This document shows, piece after piece, positions 8,900 to 19,114 of a DNA stretch of 64,000 nt (its first letter is position 1; each line of letters opens with the position of its first letter). The DNA is from a virus. The notes under the pieces are model-generated. The model had not been told where the DNA came from, made no database searches, and saw nothing but the letters and a program-made list of their open reading frames with translations. The translations under genes were made by a program, and so were the position numbers. The DNA lies in IMG/VR virus record IMGVR_UViG_3300018080_000121, positions 57,293-121,292 of that record; one strand, given 5' to 3'.

Positions 8900-11100
8900 T
8901 GAAAAAAGTTACCTTTCTGAAACAAGGAATGGAGAACTTTTGTAACCATATCGAACCAATGGAATTGGAGTTTGGAGAAGGTCAACTGGTTCTGGTTACA
9001 GGTCCAAATGGAGCAGGAAAGACTTCTCTATTCCAAGCACTTCCATATACGTTATATGGTCAGTGTGAGAAAGGAAGAGGGGATGATGTTCTTAATGACA
9101 AAACTGAAAAGAATTGTCATACATGGACCGAGTTCGATATTGATGGTCAAGGGTATCGAGTAGATAGATATGTTAAGTATACAAGGCTCGGAAATACTGT
9201 AACATTAACAAGGAAAGGAGAAAAACGCCCATACAAGAAAGGTCATAAAGAAGTAGTACCAGAAGTTGAAAGACTTCTAGTTCCATATAAACTCTTTATG
9301 AATACTTTACTATTTTCTCAAAAAGTGAAAACATTCTTTACCGACTTAACTGATTCTCAGCAAAAAGAAATCTTTCGAAAGATCCTCACTCTTGATGATT
9401 ATGTATTATACCATCAGGGCGCCGGAGTTGAAGAAAGAGATATTGAGAATAGAATCATTGAGTTGATAGGAATGACGAGTGTTAATGAACAGTTGTTAGT
9501 TGATGCAGAGCAACAACTTAAACAGACTAACCAAGCAATGATGGATTTCTATCGACAAAAAGGAGAGGAGATTGAAACTCTTACTCGACAAATCGAAGCT
9601 AGAAAGACAATTGTTGCCAATGGATCTGCTCATTGGGAAAGTTTTGTCAAGCAAAACTTGGATGACAAACTTGCTAATGTTAGCAGTCGCATTGGGTTTG
9701 CAAGTCAGAAGTTTAACAATGTTGCGAAAGAGTTGGATGCAATAGTTGAGAAAATTGAATCTCAAGCTGGATGGAAAGAAGCTGAACTTGAGGGCGCGGC
9801 AGCTACAGCTAGAACAAAAGCTGAACAAGAGTTAAGTGAGCAACGTCACAAGATAAATGCAGAGTGGCAACCAAAAGATGAAGAATTTGAGAAGGAGAGA
9901 GAACTACTTATACACAAGAAACATTCAGCGGAGAAGCAACAGGCATCAACTCATACAGAAATGCTATCAACTAAGAAGCTAATTGGAGAATTAGAGGAAA
10001 GTTTAGAAATGGAAGCTCCTGTATGTCCAACGTGTCTTCAGGATATTACAGATGAATCAAAAAAGAAAATCCAAGAGCAAGTGGATTTTACATTTGATCG
10101 GATGGAGAAATTACGAGGGTTCTATGAGCAACTTACTGAAGAAATTTACGAATGGGACTCAAAACTTTCAGATTTAGCTTCTAAAAGAAATGAGTGGAAG
10201 GAGCAAAAAAATAAGAAAATAGAAAAAGCGGTAGATGAGAACACAAAAACTCTAACATCTATTAACGCTAGACTCCAGAATGCAATGGTGAAATTGGAGA
10301 TCGTCGTAAAAGAACAAAAAGAGGCAGCAATCGCTGAAAGCGCTAAAGAGAAAGCAAAATATTCTCTGCAGGTTGACGAACTTCAAATGGAAAAAGATGG
10401 AGTTGTGAAATTGATTGAAGCTAGAGAAGAAGCTCTCAGAACTTTAAATGAGAGTAAGTCGCAATTGTCTTTAGCGGAACAGGCTCTTAAGTCGAAAGAG
10501 GAAGAAGAGTTTGACAAGTCTCTTCTTAAATCCTTAGAAGAAAAAATTAAGGAATGTAAGAAGAATATTGTTGACTATAAAAAGAATCTTGAAGAGTTGA
10601 GAGAGCAAAAGGTTATGGCAGAGTTCTGGAGAAAAGGGTTCTCACCCTCCGGGATTCAAAGTATGTTAATTGATGACGCAATACCATTCATGAATGAGAA
10701 GATTACTCATTATATGGATAAGCTGTCTAATGGTCGATACCAGGTCAAATTTGATACACTGAAACCCACAAAAGATGGAAAGGTCTTTAGAGATAAGATT
10801 TATGTTGAACTCTTTGACACCTTTACTCACTCTGATGCACGGGTAAAATTCTCAGGTGGTCAAGAGAGATTAGTAGATATTGGAACAATCTTAACACTTT
10901 GCGATCTACAAAGTATGATACAAGATGTTGAATTCAATATCCTACTGTTTGACGAAATCTTCGATGCTCTAGATGACAATAACATTGCTCAAGTTGCGAA
11001 TCTTATTAAAAGGGTCTCAATGAATAAGTGGATTGGTGTAATTTCACATCGACATATTGACCAGATAGAAGCAGACGAGGTATTGGAATTCAGGGGGTGA
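8896..11100 (+). CDS. Rad50/SbcC-like SMC ATPase (T4 gp46-like)
   Basis: Walker A GPNGAGKTS, coiled coils with CPTC zinc hook, signature FSGGQ, Walker B/D-loop LLFDEIFDALD, H-loop SHR. Confidence 0.93.
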   Translation: MMKKVTFLKQGMENFCNHIEPMELEFGEGQLVLVTGPNGAGKTSLFQALPYTLYGQCEKGRGDDVLNDKTEKNCHTWTEFDIDGQGYRVDRYVKYTRLGNTVTLTRKGEKRPYKKGHKEVVPEVERLLVPYKLFMNTLLFSQKVKTFFTDLTDSQQKEIFRKILTLDDYVLYHQGAGVEERDIENRIIELIGMTSVNEQLLVDAEQQLKQTNQAMMDFYRQKGEEIETLTRQIEARKTIVANGSAHWESFVKQNLDDKLANVSSRIGFASQKFNNVAKELDAIVEKIESQAGWKEAELEGAAATARTKAEQELSEQRHKINAEWQPKDEEFEKERELLIHKKHSAEKQQASTHTEMLSTKKLIGELEESLEMEAPVCPTCLQDITDESKKKIQEQVDFTFDRMEKLRGFYEQLTEEIYEWDSKLSDLASKRNEWKEQKNKKIEKAVDENTKTLTSINARLQNAMVKLEIVVKEQKEAAIAESAKEKAKYSLQVDELQMEKDGVVKLIEAREEALRTLNESKSQLSLAEQALKSKEEEEFDKSLLKSLEEKIKECKKNIVDYKKNLEELREQKVMAEFWRKGFSPSGIQSMLIDDAIPFMNEKITHYMDKLSNGRYQVKFDTLKPTKDGKVFRDKIYVELFDTFTHSDARVKFSGGQERLVDIGTILTLCDLQSMIQDVEFNILLFDEIFDALDDNNIAQVANLIKRVSMNKWIGVISHRHIDQIEADEVLEFRG

Positions 11101-11107
11101 TTATGTT

Positions 11108-11263
11108 ATGTGGTTTATTAAATCTCCACCCGGACTAGAAGCTGCTGCAGGAATTTTGAACGGGGTTATAGCAACGTTTTATCTACTTGTTATAATCGTT
11201 GGATTTTACTTTATCGGGTTAACATTTTGGGAGGTTCTATGCGTCGTAAGTGCGATTTCGTGA
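11108..11263 (+). CDS. small membrane protein (51 aa, not in ORF track)
   Basis: MWFIKSPPGLEAAAGILNGVIATFYLLVIIVGFYFIGLTFWEVLCVVSAIS; long hydrophobic stretch; fills the gap. Confidence 0.45.
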   Translation: MWFIKSPPGLEAAAGILNGVIATFYLLVIIVGFYFIGLTFWEVLCVVSAIS

Positions 11264-11835
11264 CAAATAGTAGCTCCGTGAGTTTCGTCTTGAAAGGTAA
11301 GGCTTGTGGTAGGGTTCCGACCATAGCTGATGATCTTCCAAAACTTCTTAGAGAAAGATTTCCTAGAAGTGACCATTATCCAGAAGAGGGCGCTGTAGTA
11401 TATGCTAGCTCCTATGCGATAGTGAAGGATGGTGTTCCATCTGAAGATGATGAGGATGCTCCACAGGGTAGTTATGAAATGACCCTTATAAATACCCATG
11501 ATTGGGATGAAGAACATGACGATGTAGTTGGTGTCACGGCGATTACCATTAATGTAGTAAGCCCTCTTATCTATGTTCGAAATCATCCGGTTATTATGGA
11601 TAGGGTGTTGTTTCTTCTAAATCAAATTCTTCCAAAAGATTCTCATGGCGAATTGTACTTCGCTCAAATGCCTACAGAAATGGAAGGTGGGGGATTAGAT
11701 GGTGGTGATCCAATGGGACCGTATGAATGGTCATTTGATATCTTGAGGTGTGAAACTAAATCTGGAAAGATAAAAATTAAAGATGGAAACCCACGGGGTT
11801 ATGTGAAATGGGTGAAATGTAAGGAGGAGCAATGA
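11239..11835 (+). CDS. FVTNSSS-tag protein 3
   Basis: ATG 11239 behind GGAGG; MRRKCDFVTNSSSVSFVL. Confidence 0.75.
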   Translation: MRRKCDFVTNSSSVSFVLKGKACGRVPTIADDLPKLLRERFPRSDHYPEEGAVVYASSYAIVKDGVPSEDDEDAPQGSYEMTLINTHDWDEEHDDVVGVTAITINVVSPLIYVRNHPVIMDRVLFLLNQILPKDSHGELYFAQMPTEMEGGGLDGGDPMGPYEWSFDILRCETKSGKIKIKDGNPRGYVKWVKCKEEQ

Positions 11836-12188
11836 TTAAAAAGAAAACTACCGAAATGACAAGAGTTGCTCCTGATTGGGAAGTGTCAATCAAAAGAGCT
11901 GAGAATGGATTCATTGTTACCAGTTATGAAGAGATGCATGGTTGTGATGATGATAACCAAATCTACAAGAAGGCTCAATATGTAATTGAAGATGGAGCAT
12001 TCTTTGAAGAAATCGAATCGCTTTCTGCAGAGTACCAGAGTCTGATAGATGACCATGATGTAGCAATGTATTTTCTATTACATCATATTGCTGAGCACTT
12101 TGGATGTCACTACAGTAAGCATAAGAAAATTAACTTGTATGTCGACTTCGTAGTGAAGGAGGACGATGATGGGATGGAGAGAAAGTAG
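11832..12188 (+). CDS. hypothetical acidic protein
   Basis: GGAGGAG RBS; 118 aa. Confidence 0.6.
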   Translation: MIKKKTTEMTRVAPDWEVSIKRAENGFIVTSYEEMHGCDDDNQIYKKAQYVIEDGAFFEEIESLSAEYQSLIDDHDVAMYFLLHHIAEHFGCHYSKHKKINLYVDFVVKEDDDGMERK

Positions 12189-12438
12189 ATATGGCTTTCA
12201 CATATCTGAATACAATGGAGTTTGGAAGTGGACAGTAAGGGACCAACATGGCGTAGAACTTGCGATGAGTCCACGACATGGGTTTGCATCTGCTGATGCT
12301 GCAGTCGAAGCAGTGAAAGAACTCATAAATTTTATCATTGACAATGGGTTCAATATCCCTGTAACCGTGTACAAAGAAGGATTGGAGAATGATAGACAAA
12401 ATACAAATAGTGAGTTGGCTACTGACGCGGCGGTGTAA
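12166..12438 (+). CDS. YegP/DUF1508-like small protein
   Basis: WKWTVRDQHGVELAMSPRHGFASADAAVEAV fits the YegP pattern (w.w.l...ng..ia.s..y.s...a...i). Confidence 0.5.
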   Translation: MMGWRESRYGFHISEYNGVWKWTVRDQHGVELAMSPRHGFASADAAVEAVKELINFIIDNGFNIPVTVYKEGLENDRQNTNSELATDAAV

Positions 12439-13423
12439 CCTCAAATGTTCCTATTGTGCGATTACCAGGAACTATAAAGGAAAACCAGATCAGTATCCTG
12501 ATATGAAGCACTACTTGGAAAATGAGATGGACACCAAAACAGTGATTGAAATTCTCAGGAGAATAAAGGCTCATAACCCAGATGCATTCCATATTCTTTA
12601 TGGGGGCGAGCCGCTCTTGAGAAAAGATCTTCCGGAGATTGTGAACTTCTGTAACTCAGAAGATATCCATTACACAATCATAACCAATAACTCTGACGAG
12701 GTCCAACCATTACTGGAAAAACTCTTGGTTGAGACCGACTACGTAACTGGTTTGACATCTTCTGTAGATCCTCTAGTTGAATCTGAGGACCCTGAATCCG
12801 ACCGTTATAAGAAATGTGTCGCAGGGTTTAATCGGTTGGGAGAATACAGAGATGTCATTAAAGATGTCGTTGCTGAAATAACCGTTGATAATAACAACGT
12901 TGGACATCTTTATAATCTTGTTGCTATGCTCACAAAGATGGGAGTTAATAGCGATATAACTTTCATTGATATTGCGAAGAGTCCGTACTATGACTTTTCA
13001 AATGTTACAGATGAAGGACTGTTGGTTCCCCAATCGGATGAGTTGAGTCTACAATTTGATAAGATTATAGATGATAAACTCGACGTACATATGGCGGATA
13101 AACTACTCCCAGAAATCTTTAAAATCTTACCGTCGGATATGGATTGTGGTATTGAAAACAATATCCATAACATGACCATTGACGCAGATGGATCAGTAAG
13201 ATTATGTTTGAGAATTCGAGGAGTACAAACTCCAAAATTTAAAGCAATTGATCAGTTTTCACCCGATGGAAAACTTATGGCTGCATCTCTTAGAAAGTTC
13301 ATAAAGCATGATAAAGACATATACTGTAGGGGTTGTAATTGGACCTGTATGTTGATGTCACGGATGCTTTCAAGGAGAAAAGATACAGTCCAGAATCTAG
13401 TCCATCGGGATAGGAGGAAATGA
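12389..13423 (+). CDS. radical SAM enzyme with C-terminal SPASM/Twitch-type Cys motifs
   Basis: CNLKCSYC, GGEPLL, C...TIDADGSVRLC...CRGCNWTC. Confidence 0.88.
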   Translation: MIDKIQIVSWLLTRRCNLKCSYCAITRNYKGKPDQYPDMKHYLENEMDTKTVIEILRRIKAHNPDAFHILYGGEPLLRKDLPEIVNFCNSEDIHYTIITNNSDEVQPLLEKLLVETDYVTGLTSSVDPLVESEDPESDRYKKCVAGFNRLGEYRDVIKDVVAEITVDNNNVGHLYNLVAMLTKMGVNSDITFIDIAKSPYYDFSNVTDEGLLVPQSDELSLQFDKIIDDKLDVHMADKLLPEIFKILPSDMDCGIENNIHNMTIDADGSVRLCLRIRGVQTPKFKAIDQFSPDGKLMAASLRKFIKHDKDIYCRGCNWTCMLMSRMLSRRKDTVQNLVHRDRRK

Positions 13424-13728
13424 TGGCAGACAGAATAACCACTGCTCTCACTTTTCTAGATAGGATTAGAGAAGAGGGAGAAGTTACAATTAAGTTCCGA
13501 AAGAAGGATGGAGCCGAAAGGATTATGAGATGTACTTTGGATATGGAGAAAGTTCCAGTCGCACAAAGACCACAGTCGGTAAATCTCGCAAAGATCTTAC
13601 GGCTATTGAACACCCATAAGATCCTACATGTTTATGATATGGATGTGGGTGATTGGAGAAGTGTCCCATTCGATAGAACTGAATGGTTAGAGACGACAGA
13701 CCAAAGGAGGTACAAAATTGGCGGATAA
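13420..13728 (+). CDS. WYL_2/SH3-like phage protein
   Basis: VTIKFRKKDGAERIMRCTL...VYDMDVGDWRSVPFD pattern. Confidence 0.65.
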   Translation: MMADRITTALTFLDRIREEGEVTIKFRKKDGAERIMRCTLDMEKVPVAQRPQSVNLAKILRLLNTHKILHVYDMDVGDWRSVPFDRTEWLETTDQRRYKIGG

Positions 13729-13924
13729 AGTAGATGACCTGTCAATAGAAGTATTTACCAATGTTGACATTGTTCCATATCTAAAATACCATGCAGAGAA
13801 CAACCCAAATGTTTTAGATGTGGGTGCATTTGCGATAGCAGTTTTTAAAAATATGAAAGACTTCATAAAGGAGAATTACGGGGAGGTGATAGAGGATGGG
13901 AGTGTACCTGGACGAGATTCTTGA
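13718..13924 (+). CDS. hypothetical protein
   Basis: 68 aa; TTG start behind GGAGG. Confidence 0.5.
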   Translation: MADKVDDLSIEVFTNVDIVPYLKYHAENNPNVLDVGAFAIAVFKNMKDFIKENYGEVIEDGSVPGRDS

Positions 13925-14261
13925 ATCAGTGAAGAAGAATCCAGTGGCGGAACAACTGAGGATTATATGTGACAAGATTTTTGCTGAAGAGATCCATCAT
14001 CCGAAGTTATATAGAGGTCCACAAGGACCAAATATATTTCTATCTCTTCCAGCTGTTAAAGAAGAGACTGGAATGTGTGATACTCATTACGTTTGTCTAG
14101 AACGAGAAGCAATGAATAGGTTCATTGTTAGTCATTGGATCAAGGGAAAGAAATCAGAATCGCCTTTAAAAAGAGTCAAAGTATGGCCTGTTAGAGCAGA
14201 CACGTCAAAAAAGATTCTAAAGGAGTTTGGGGCGAAACTGTTATTTGTGAAAGGAGAATAG
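13896..14261 (+). CDS. hypothetical protein
   Basis: 121 aa behind GAGG. Confidence 0.55.
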   Translation: MGVYLDEILESVKKNPVAEQLRIICDKIFAEEIHHPKLYRGPQGPNIFLSLPAVKEETGMCDTHYVCLEREAMNRFIVSHWIKGKKSESPLKRVKVWPVRADTSKKILKEFGAKLLFVKGE

Positions 14262-14266
14262 AGATT

Positions 14267-16756
14267 ATGGAAGAGATTGTTATGAATCCATACTTTGCCA
14301 GCTTGGTAATCTCTGATGAATCAAGCGACACTTCAGACAAAACTAAAAAAACATTCACTCCATTTAAACGGCTTAAATTGATAGATACGCCGGACTTTTT
14401 TCGTGGAATGAATGGTACCCACATGGAGAGGGAAATTCTTCCGAGGAATTGCAGAATTGTACATGACCTTCCCAATACCAGTGAGAAAATAGTTGTTATT
14501 GAGGAAGAGCCGGGTGTCCGGAATCTGAGATTTGCTGTTGGATTCCAGGGGACTTTAGACTCGCTAAAAAATGCTGGTTATGATGATATGTACCAGTATC
14601 TCAGCGAAAATGTAAAGAGTAGAAATGGAGAATATACCTTGCAGGTGTCAATGCCATTTGTAGTAGTGGTTATGTTTATTCAAAACTACATTGCCACTTC
14701 AGTGCAAGTATTCTTTCGAATGCGACCCCTTACAAGTTATTCTGATTCTCTGTACTATGCAAACCTCCTCAACATTCCAGACAGTCAGTATATATGTCTT
14801 GGTAATCGACCCCCAAGTTATCGTGAACCAGATAATCTCTATGATGCTTGTACTATTGAGCTTGAAAGATTCTGGAACACAGCATATAACATGGATTACT
14901 ACCACAACTACAAGATGTATGAGCGGGATGTTCCGGAAGTCTGTAATCCGCTTGTGTGGCATTATAATACTGTGATTGATCCCATGTTTATCTACACAGT
15001 TCCGTGGATCATCTATCCTAAAACGATAGGTGAAACAATAGATGATATGGCGGGTGGTAGAACACAAGGAATCCCATCATACGACAAACTAAGGGAGATA
15101 TTCTATCGACCAATCAAAGCACAAACAAGACACAAAACCCACTATAAAAATACAGCTCAAGAGTTAGCTATTAAAAATAGTTACCTTTGTGTTGGGGATA
15201 ACATTACAATAGGAAAGAAAGAATACATTGTTGCATCTTTTGTCGGTACTCCTGGTCATAGACCTACGAGGGTAATCCTACAGGGTGCTGATGGGAAAAC
15301 GACAGAAGTATCCATTACACAAAAATTCAAAAATGAAATCCAGAAGCAGAGATCTGCATCGAAAGAAGTCAAGTCGGTTCAGATTGGTGATCAGAAGATC
15401 AGTACCAATGACTTGATTGTGATCAAGTCAAGATATGCTGGAAAGATTTTTAAGAAGGTACATGTAATTCGAGTCGCCAGAGATGGTAAAATAGAAGCAA
15501 GACTTGGTAGTGATTACTATCTTCTTGAGAATTTGGAATTCGATGTTGTGGATATGTCTAACGTTGAAGTTAACGGGATTAAGGTTGACGCAAATAAGAC
15601 CTATGTTATCCTGAAAGCGGATTATGGTCAAGGTCCTACGTTCCAAAAGTATGACGTAAAGCTTGACAGTTTTGATTCCAATGGGGCTAACATGAGAGCC
15701 TTGTTTAAGAATGTTATGACCGGAAGTAGGATTGCAATTGATCTAAATCCAACAGGTACGCCAGTATATAAGTTGTCGGATAGTAAAGACACTTATATAA
15801 CACCTCCTGTATTTAGATATGCCGACTCTCTTGTAACCAACTGGAAAGACGGTGGTGTTGATGGTTATGGTCTCATTCCTGGTGAAGGAATAGTGGCCTA
15901 CGATGGCGGTGGTTATTATAGAGATTATAAAAGGACTACCGCAAAGAGTAATATCCTGAGCGAGGATAAAACTGAGATTCATATTCCTAGCTTCGATGGA
16001 GATATTTACTTCAAAGTTGGGGATGCTGTAGTTCATGCGGACTGGAACAATCCTGAGAACATGTTGAAAGTCTGCACTATTGCTCTGTTTAAAGAGCAAC
16101 TTGGGTCGTTGTATATTGTCATGACGACTCTTGATGGAAAAGAAGTATTTGAAACCGAGTTCATTGATTTTGAACGAGGACGGATCAGACCTGGTACTGT
16201 CCGACACATTGTAGCAAAATGGGATAAATGGAAAGCTGGTGATAAACTTAGAGCAAAAGTTGGTCGTATTCCAGCATTTCCAAAGAAGGATGTCAACACA
16301 ATCGTTGGGTTCTTACCTGATACAGGTAGAGATATCCCTCAAATTTTGATGTCAAACGGGTGTACCCTCTGGATGGACGAAGAGACGATGAACAACTTTG
16401 AAGTCCTTCGTAGGGGAACAGCTGCTTGTGCAAAGCAGAAAAATGCTCCAATGCAACTGGACAAAATTAAGTGGCAACCGGGCGATCTGGTGGTAAGGGA
16501 TGGTTCGATTGGAATGATTAACCGGCATGAAGGAAGACGGTCCTTGAGAGTGACTGTTACTGAAAGGAGGGCAGGCTTTACGTACAATTATCCAACAAGG
16601 AAAAACTTAGTCAGGTATGGTTTCCTGATACCAAGACGGACGCAACAACATCAATACATGGGAACTGGATTTCCTGTATTTCCTAACTTCCATGGTTGGT
16701 ATACTGTTGCGGAAAGGAGTCCAATGCATGTATCGGAGGACGTGAACAATGTTTAA
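14267..16756 (+). CDS. prokaryotic E2 family D (PRTRC protein B-like) domain fused to a long beta-rich C-terminal region
   Basis: LPRNCR...VVIEEEPGVRNL...SMPFVVVVMF...VFFRMRPL...LYYANLLNIPDSQYICLGN with candidate catalytic Cys; adjacent to JAB/ThiF/Ubl. Confidence 0.65.
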   Translation: MEEIVMNPYFASLVISDESSDTSDKTKKTFTPFKRLKLIDTPDFFRGMNGTHMEREILPRNCRIVHDLPNTSEKIVVIEEEPGVRNLRFAVGFQGTLDSLKNAGYDDMYQYLSENVKSRNGEYTLQVSMPFVVVVMFIQNYIATSVQVFFRMRPLTSYSDSLYYANLLNIPDSQYICLGNRPPSYREPDNLYDACTIELERFWNTAYNMDYYHNYKMYERDVPEVCNPLVWHYNTVIDPMFIYTVPWIIYPKTIGETIDDMAGGRTQGIPSYDKLREIFYRPIKAQTRHKTHYKNTAQELAIKNSYLCVGDNITIGKKEYIVASFVGTPGHRPTRVILQGADGKTTEVSITQKFKNEIQKQRSASKEVKSVQIGDQKISTNDLIVIKSRYAGKIFKKVHVIRVARDGKIEARLGSDYYLLENLEFDVVDMSNVEVNGIKVDANKTYVILKADYGQGPTFQKYDVKLDSFDSNGANMRALFKNVMTGSRIAIDLNPTGTPVYKLSDSKDTYITPPVFRYADSLVTNWKDGGVDGYGLIPGEGIVAYDGGGYYRDYKRTTAKSNILSEDKTEIHIPSFDGDIYFKVGDAVVHADWNNPENMLKVCTIALFKEQLGSLYIVMTTLDGKEVFETEFIDFERGRIRPGTVRHIVAKWDKWKAGDKLRAKVGRIPAFPKKDVNTIVGFLPDTGRDIPQILMSNGCTLWMDEETMNNFEVLRRGTAACAKQKNAPMQLDKIKWQPGDLVVRDGSIGMINRHEGRRSLRVTVTERRAGFTYNYPTRKNLVRYGFLIPRRTQQHQYMGTGFPVFPNFHGWYTVAERSPMHVSEDVNNV

Positions 16757-17927
16757 TGTATGGATCAACGACGGTACAACTGAAATGCCTACTGACGATA
16801 TTCTATATATCGTAGCGAAAGATGGGATATTCTTAAAGAAGAAATTAGGTTTCTTTGAGAGTATTGCGAAAGTGGACCAAATGTCTATTTTGAAAGATGT
16901 AGATCCTTATGCGACGATGGACATTAAACCAATACCAAGAAAGAAATTTGCTCAAATCATTTCATTCTATCGTGAAGTGGCTAAGCAATTTTCTGGTGAG
17001 GCGATGACCATTTTACATTATAACCCGAAACGAAAAAGGTTTAGAATTGAAATCCCTGACCAGGAAGTTTCGGGTGGTGGTGTTGGATGGGAAAGTTTGG
17101 AAAGCTACAAGGGTTATGTTCGAATCGGTTCAATTCATAGCCACAATCATATGTCCGCTTTCCACTCAGGAACGGATGATAACGACGAATTCAATTGGGA
17201 TGGAATTCATATCACGATTGGAAAAGTCGGGAATCCAAATGTTGACATTTCAGCGTCATTAGTGTTTAACGGAACCAGGTTCATGATTGACCCATGTGAT
17301 TATGTAGAAGACTTGGAAATGGTAGAATCCGAGGCTTCATATGTAGGTCCAAAGACCTATAAATGGGAAGGTAATAAGCTGGTACCAGCAAACGACGCTG
17401 CTAAGAAAACAGTTACATTAGGATATCGAATCAAAAATGAAAGGGCTAAGGAAAGGAAATTCCCTTCTACCTGGTTGAAGAATGTGAGTAAATGGATGCC
17501 GAGAACTCAACCAAATCAGGGAATTTATTCAGGTGGTGTCAATGGTATTGTTGGACCGGCTCGACAACCATGGCAGCATAATCCACATGGAAATCCTTAT
17601 TGGGGAAGGTTCCATCAAGGTCGTCATAATGGTCGACAAGCTCTCTTGAGACGACAATTTAATACAGGAAATAATCATGATCAGGTCGCTGCTCAGGAAG
17701 GAGTCAGTTTTGACACAGCTTATGAACCCGGGGATCCAATGGATTGGGATCCATGTGAAAACTGTCCGTATTGCAACTATAAATCCAACCAGTTGCTTAT
17801 GGATCTTATTAACCAGTTGGATTTGGATGAGGACCAGTTAGCACAGCTTGGGCTTACTGAAGAAGAAGATGACAATCCATTAGCGGGTGAATACGATGGA
17901 GGTGAAGTGTATGTTGGGGGACCGTAG
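16749..17927 (+). CDS. JAB/JAMM metallo-isopeptidase (PRTRC protein A-like)
   Basis: EAM...QEVSGGGV...IGSIHSHNHMSAFHSGTDDNDE (E, HxH, S, D). Confidence 0.88.
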   Translation: MFNVWINDGTTEMPTDDILYIVAKDGIFLKKKLGFFESIAKVDQMSILKDVDPYATMDIKPIPRKKFAQIISFYREVAKQFSGEAMTILHYNPKRKRFRIEIPDQEVSGGGVGWESLESYKGYVRIGSIHSHNHMSAFHSGTDDNDEFNWDGIHITIGKVGNPNVDISASLVFNGTRFMIDPCDYVEDLEMVESEASYVGPKTYKWEGNKLVPANDAAKKTVTLGYRIKNERAKERKFPSTWLKNVSKWMPRTQPNQGIYSGGVNGIVGPARQPWQHNPHGNPYWGRFHQGRHNGRQALLRRQFNTGNNHDQVAAQEGVSFDTAYEPGDPMDWDPCENCPYCNYKSNQLLMDLINQLDLDEDQLAQLGLTEEEDDNPLAGEYDGGEVYVGGP

Positions 17928-18606
17928 AATCAAAATTGTTGGATTGGGCGGAATCGGTTCTGCATTATGTGATAACCTATGCAGATTTCTAAACCATCAA
18001 CCCACCCGCTGTAGACTTGTACTAATTGATGGTGATGACTACGAGATTAAAAATAAAGCTCGCCAGTCATTTAATCAGTTGGGAAACAAGGCGAGGGTAA
18101 AATGTACAGAAATGAGATTGTCCCATGAGAATATCTCGTTTGACGATGTTGCTGAATATCTAACACCGTCAAATATTGGGGAGTACATTCAAGAAGATGA
18201 CGTTGTGTTTCTGTGTGTAGATAACCATAAAACGAGAAAAGTGGTTTCTGATCATGCAAAGACACTTGAAAACGTTATTGTGATTTCTGGTGGTAATGAA
18301 TACACAGACGGAAATGTGCAAATCTTTATTAGAGAAGGAGGTGAAAATAAAACACCGTCGTTGTCAGATTACCATCCGGAGATCGCCCACCCTGGTGATA
18401 AGTCACCAGATGAAATGAGCTGTGAAGAGTTGGCGAACTCTGAGCCACAATTGTTATTTGCAAATCTTTCTGTGGCTACAATTATGTGTTGGACTTTCTA
18501 CAATATTCTTGAAGGAAAGTTGGCGCAGAACAGCTCAGAAGTATATTTCGACATGTTGAAAATGAATACGCTAGCAAAACAACGAAAACCTAGAGCTCAA
18601 AAGTAA
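17911..18606 (+). CDS. ThiF/E1-like activating enzyme
   Basis: IVGLGGIG, LIDGD.YEIKNKARQ, FLCVDNHKTR, ISGGN, candidate catalytic MSCEE; ATG 17911 behind GGAGG. Confidence 0.9.
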   Translation: MLGDRRIKIVGLGGIGSALCDNLCRFLNHQPTRCRLVLIDGDDYEIKNKARQSFNQLGNKARVKCTEMRLSHENISFDDVAEYLTPSNIGEYIQEDDVVFLCVDNHKTRKVVSDHAKTLENVIVISGGNEYTDGNVQIFIREGGENKTPSLSDYHPEIAHPGDKSPDEMSCEELANSEPQLLFANLSVATIMCWTFYNILEGKLAQNSSEVYFDMLKMNTLAKQRKPRAQK

Positions 18607-18612
18607 GGAGGA

Positions 18613-19104
18613 TTGAAACAAATGGGTACATTTAAAAGAGAGACATTGGAAGCTAAGACGGTTGTGGAACTCAGGGACATTCTTCGCAAGAAACAAATTA
18701 AAGGGATGATGAAGAAACCCAAGAGACAAATTATCAATGCGATCATGGATTCCCAGAAGGGTGCGGTTCCTGCAGCTGCAGTGGCGAAACCTTCCAAAGC
18801 TTCTCCCAAGTCCACTGGACCGGTTACCAAAATGTCTCTGACAATGGACAGTGAATTGACGAAGCCTGGTGCTCGATTCGGTAACAGAACCAAGACGACC
18901 GTCCGTGTTTCCTGTGGTGCTTCTTCTGGTGACTTTCCGGTTTGCGGTAAGAGCGTCGGCGCTGTTGCGAACTTCCTGCGCGAAGTCCTCAATGTCGATA
19001 AGCTCGCTGAGGGTCTTGTCAACGGTGAAAAAGTCTCTGAGGACTATGTTCTCCGTGAAGGGGATACCCTCGAATACATCAAACCTGCTGGCCGCAAGGG
19101 CTAG
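18613..19104 (+). CDS. ubiquitin-like (beta-grasp) protein with N-terminal Rho_N/HeH-like helical domain; C-terminus GRKG
   Basis: VRVSCG...SVGAVANFLREVLNV...LVNGEKVSEDYVLREGDTLEYIKPAGRKG-stop; N-terminal KTVVELRDILRKKQIKG...KRQIINAI. Confidence 0.85.
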   Translation: MKQMGTFKRETLEAKTVVELRDILRKKQIKGMMKKPKRQIINAIMDSQKGAVPAAAVAKPSKASPKSTGPVTKMSLTMDSELTKPGARFGNRTKTTVRVSCGASSGDFPVCGKSVGAVANFLREVLNVDKLAEGLVNGEKVSEDYVLREGDTLEYIKPAGRKG

Positions 19105-19114
19105 AGCGTAGTTA

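Noticed and set aside
12389-13423. QueE assignment for either radical SAM
   Set aside because: Both are about 330-345 aa with C-terminal auxiliary-cluster Cys motifs, unlike the shorter QueE, and neither is adjacent to queD or folE2.
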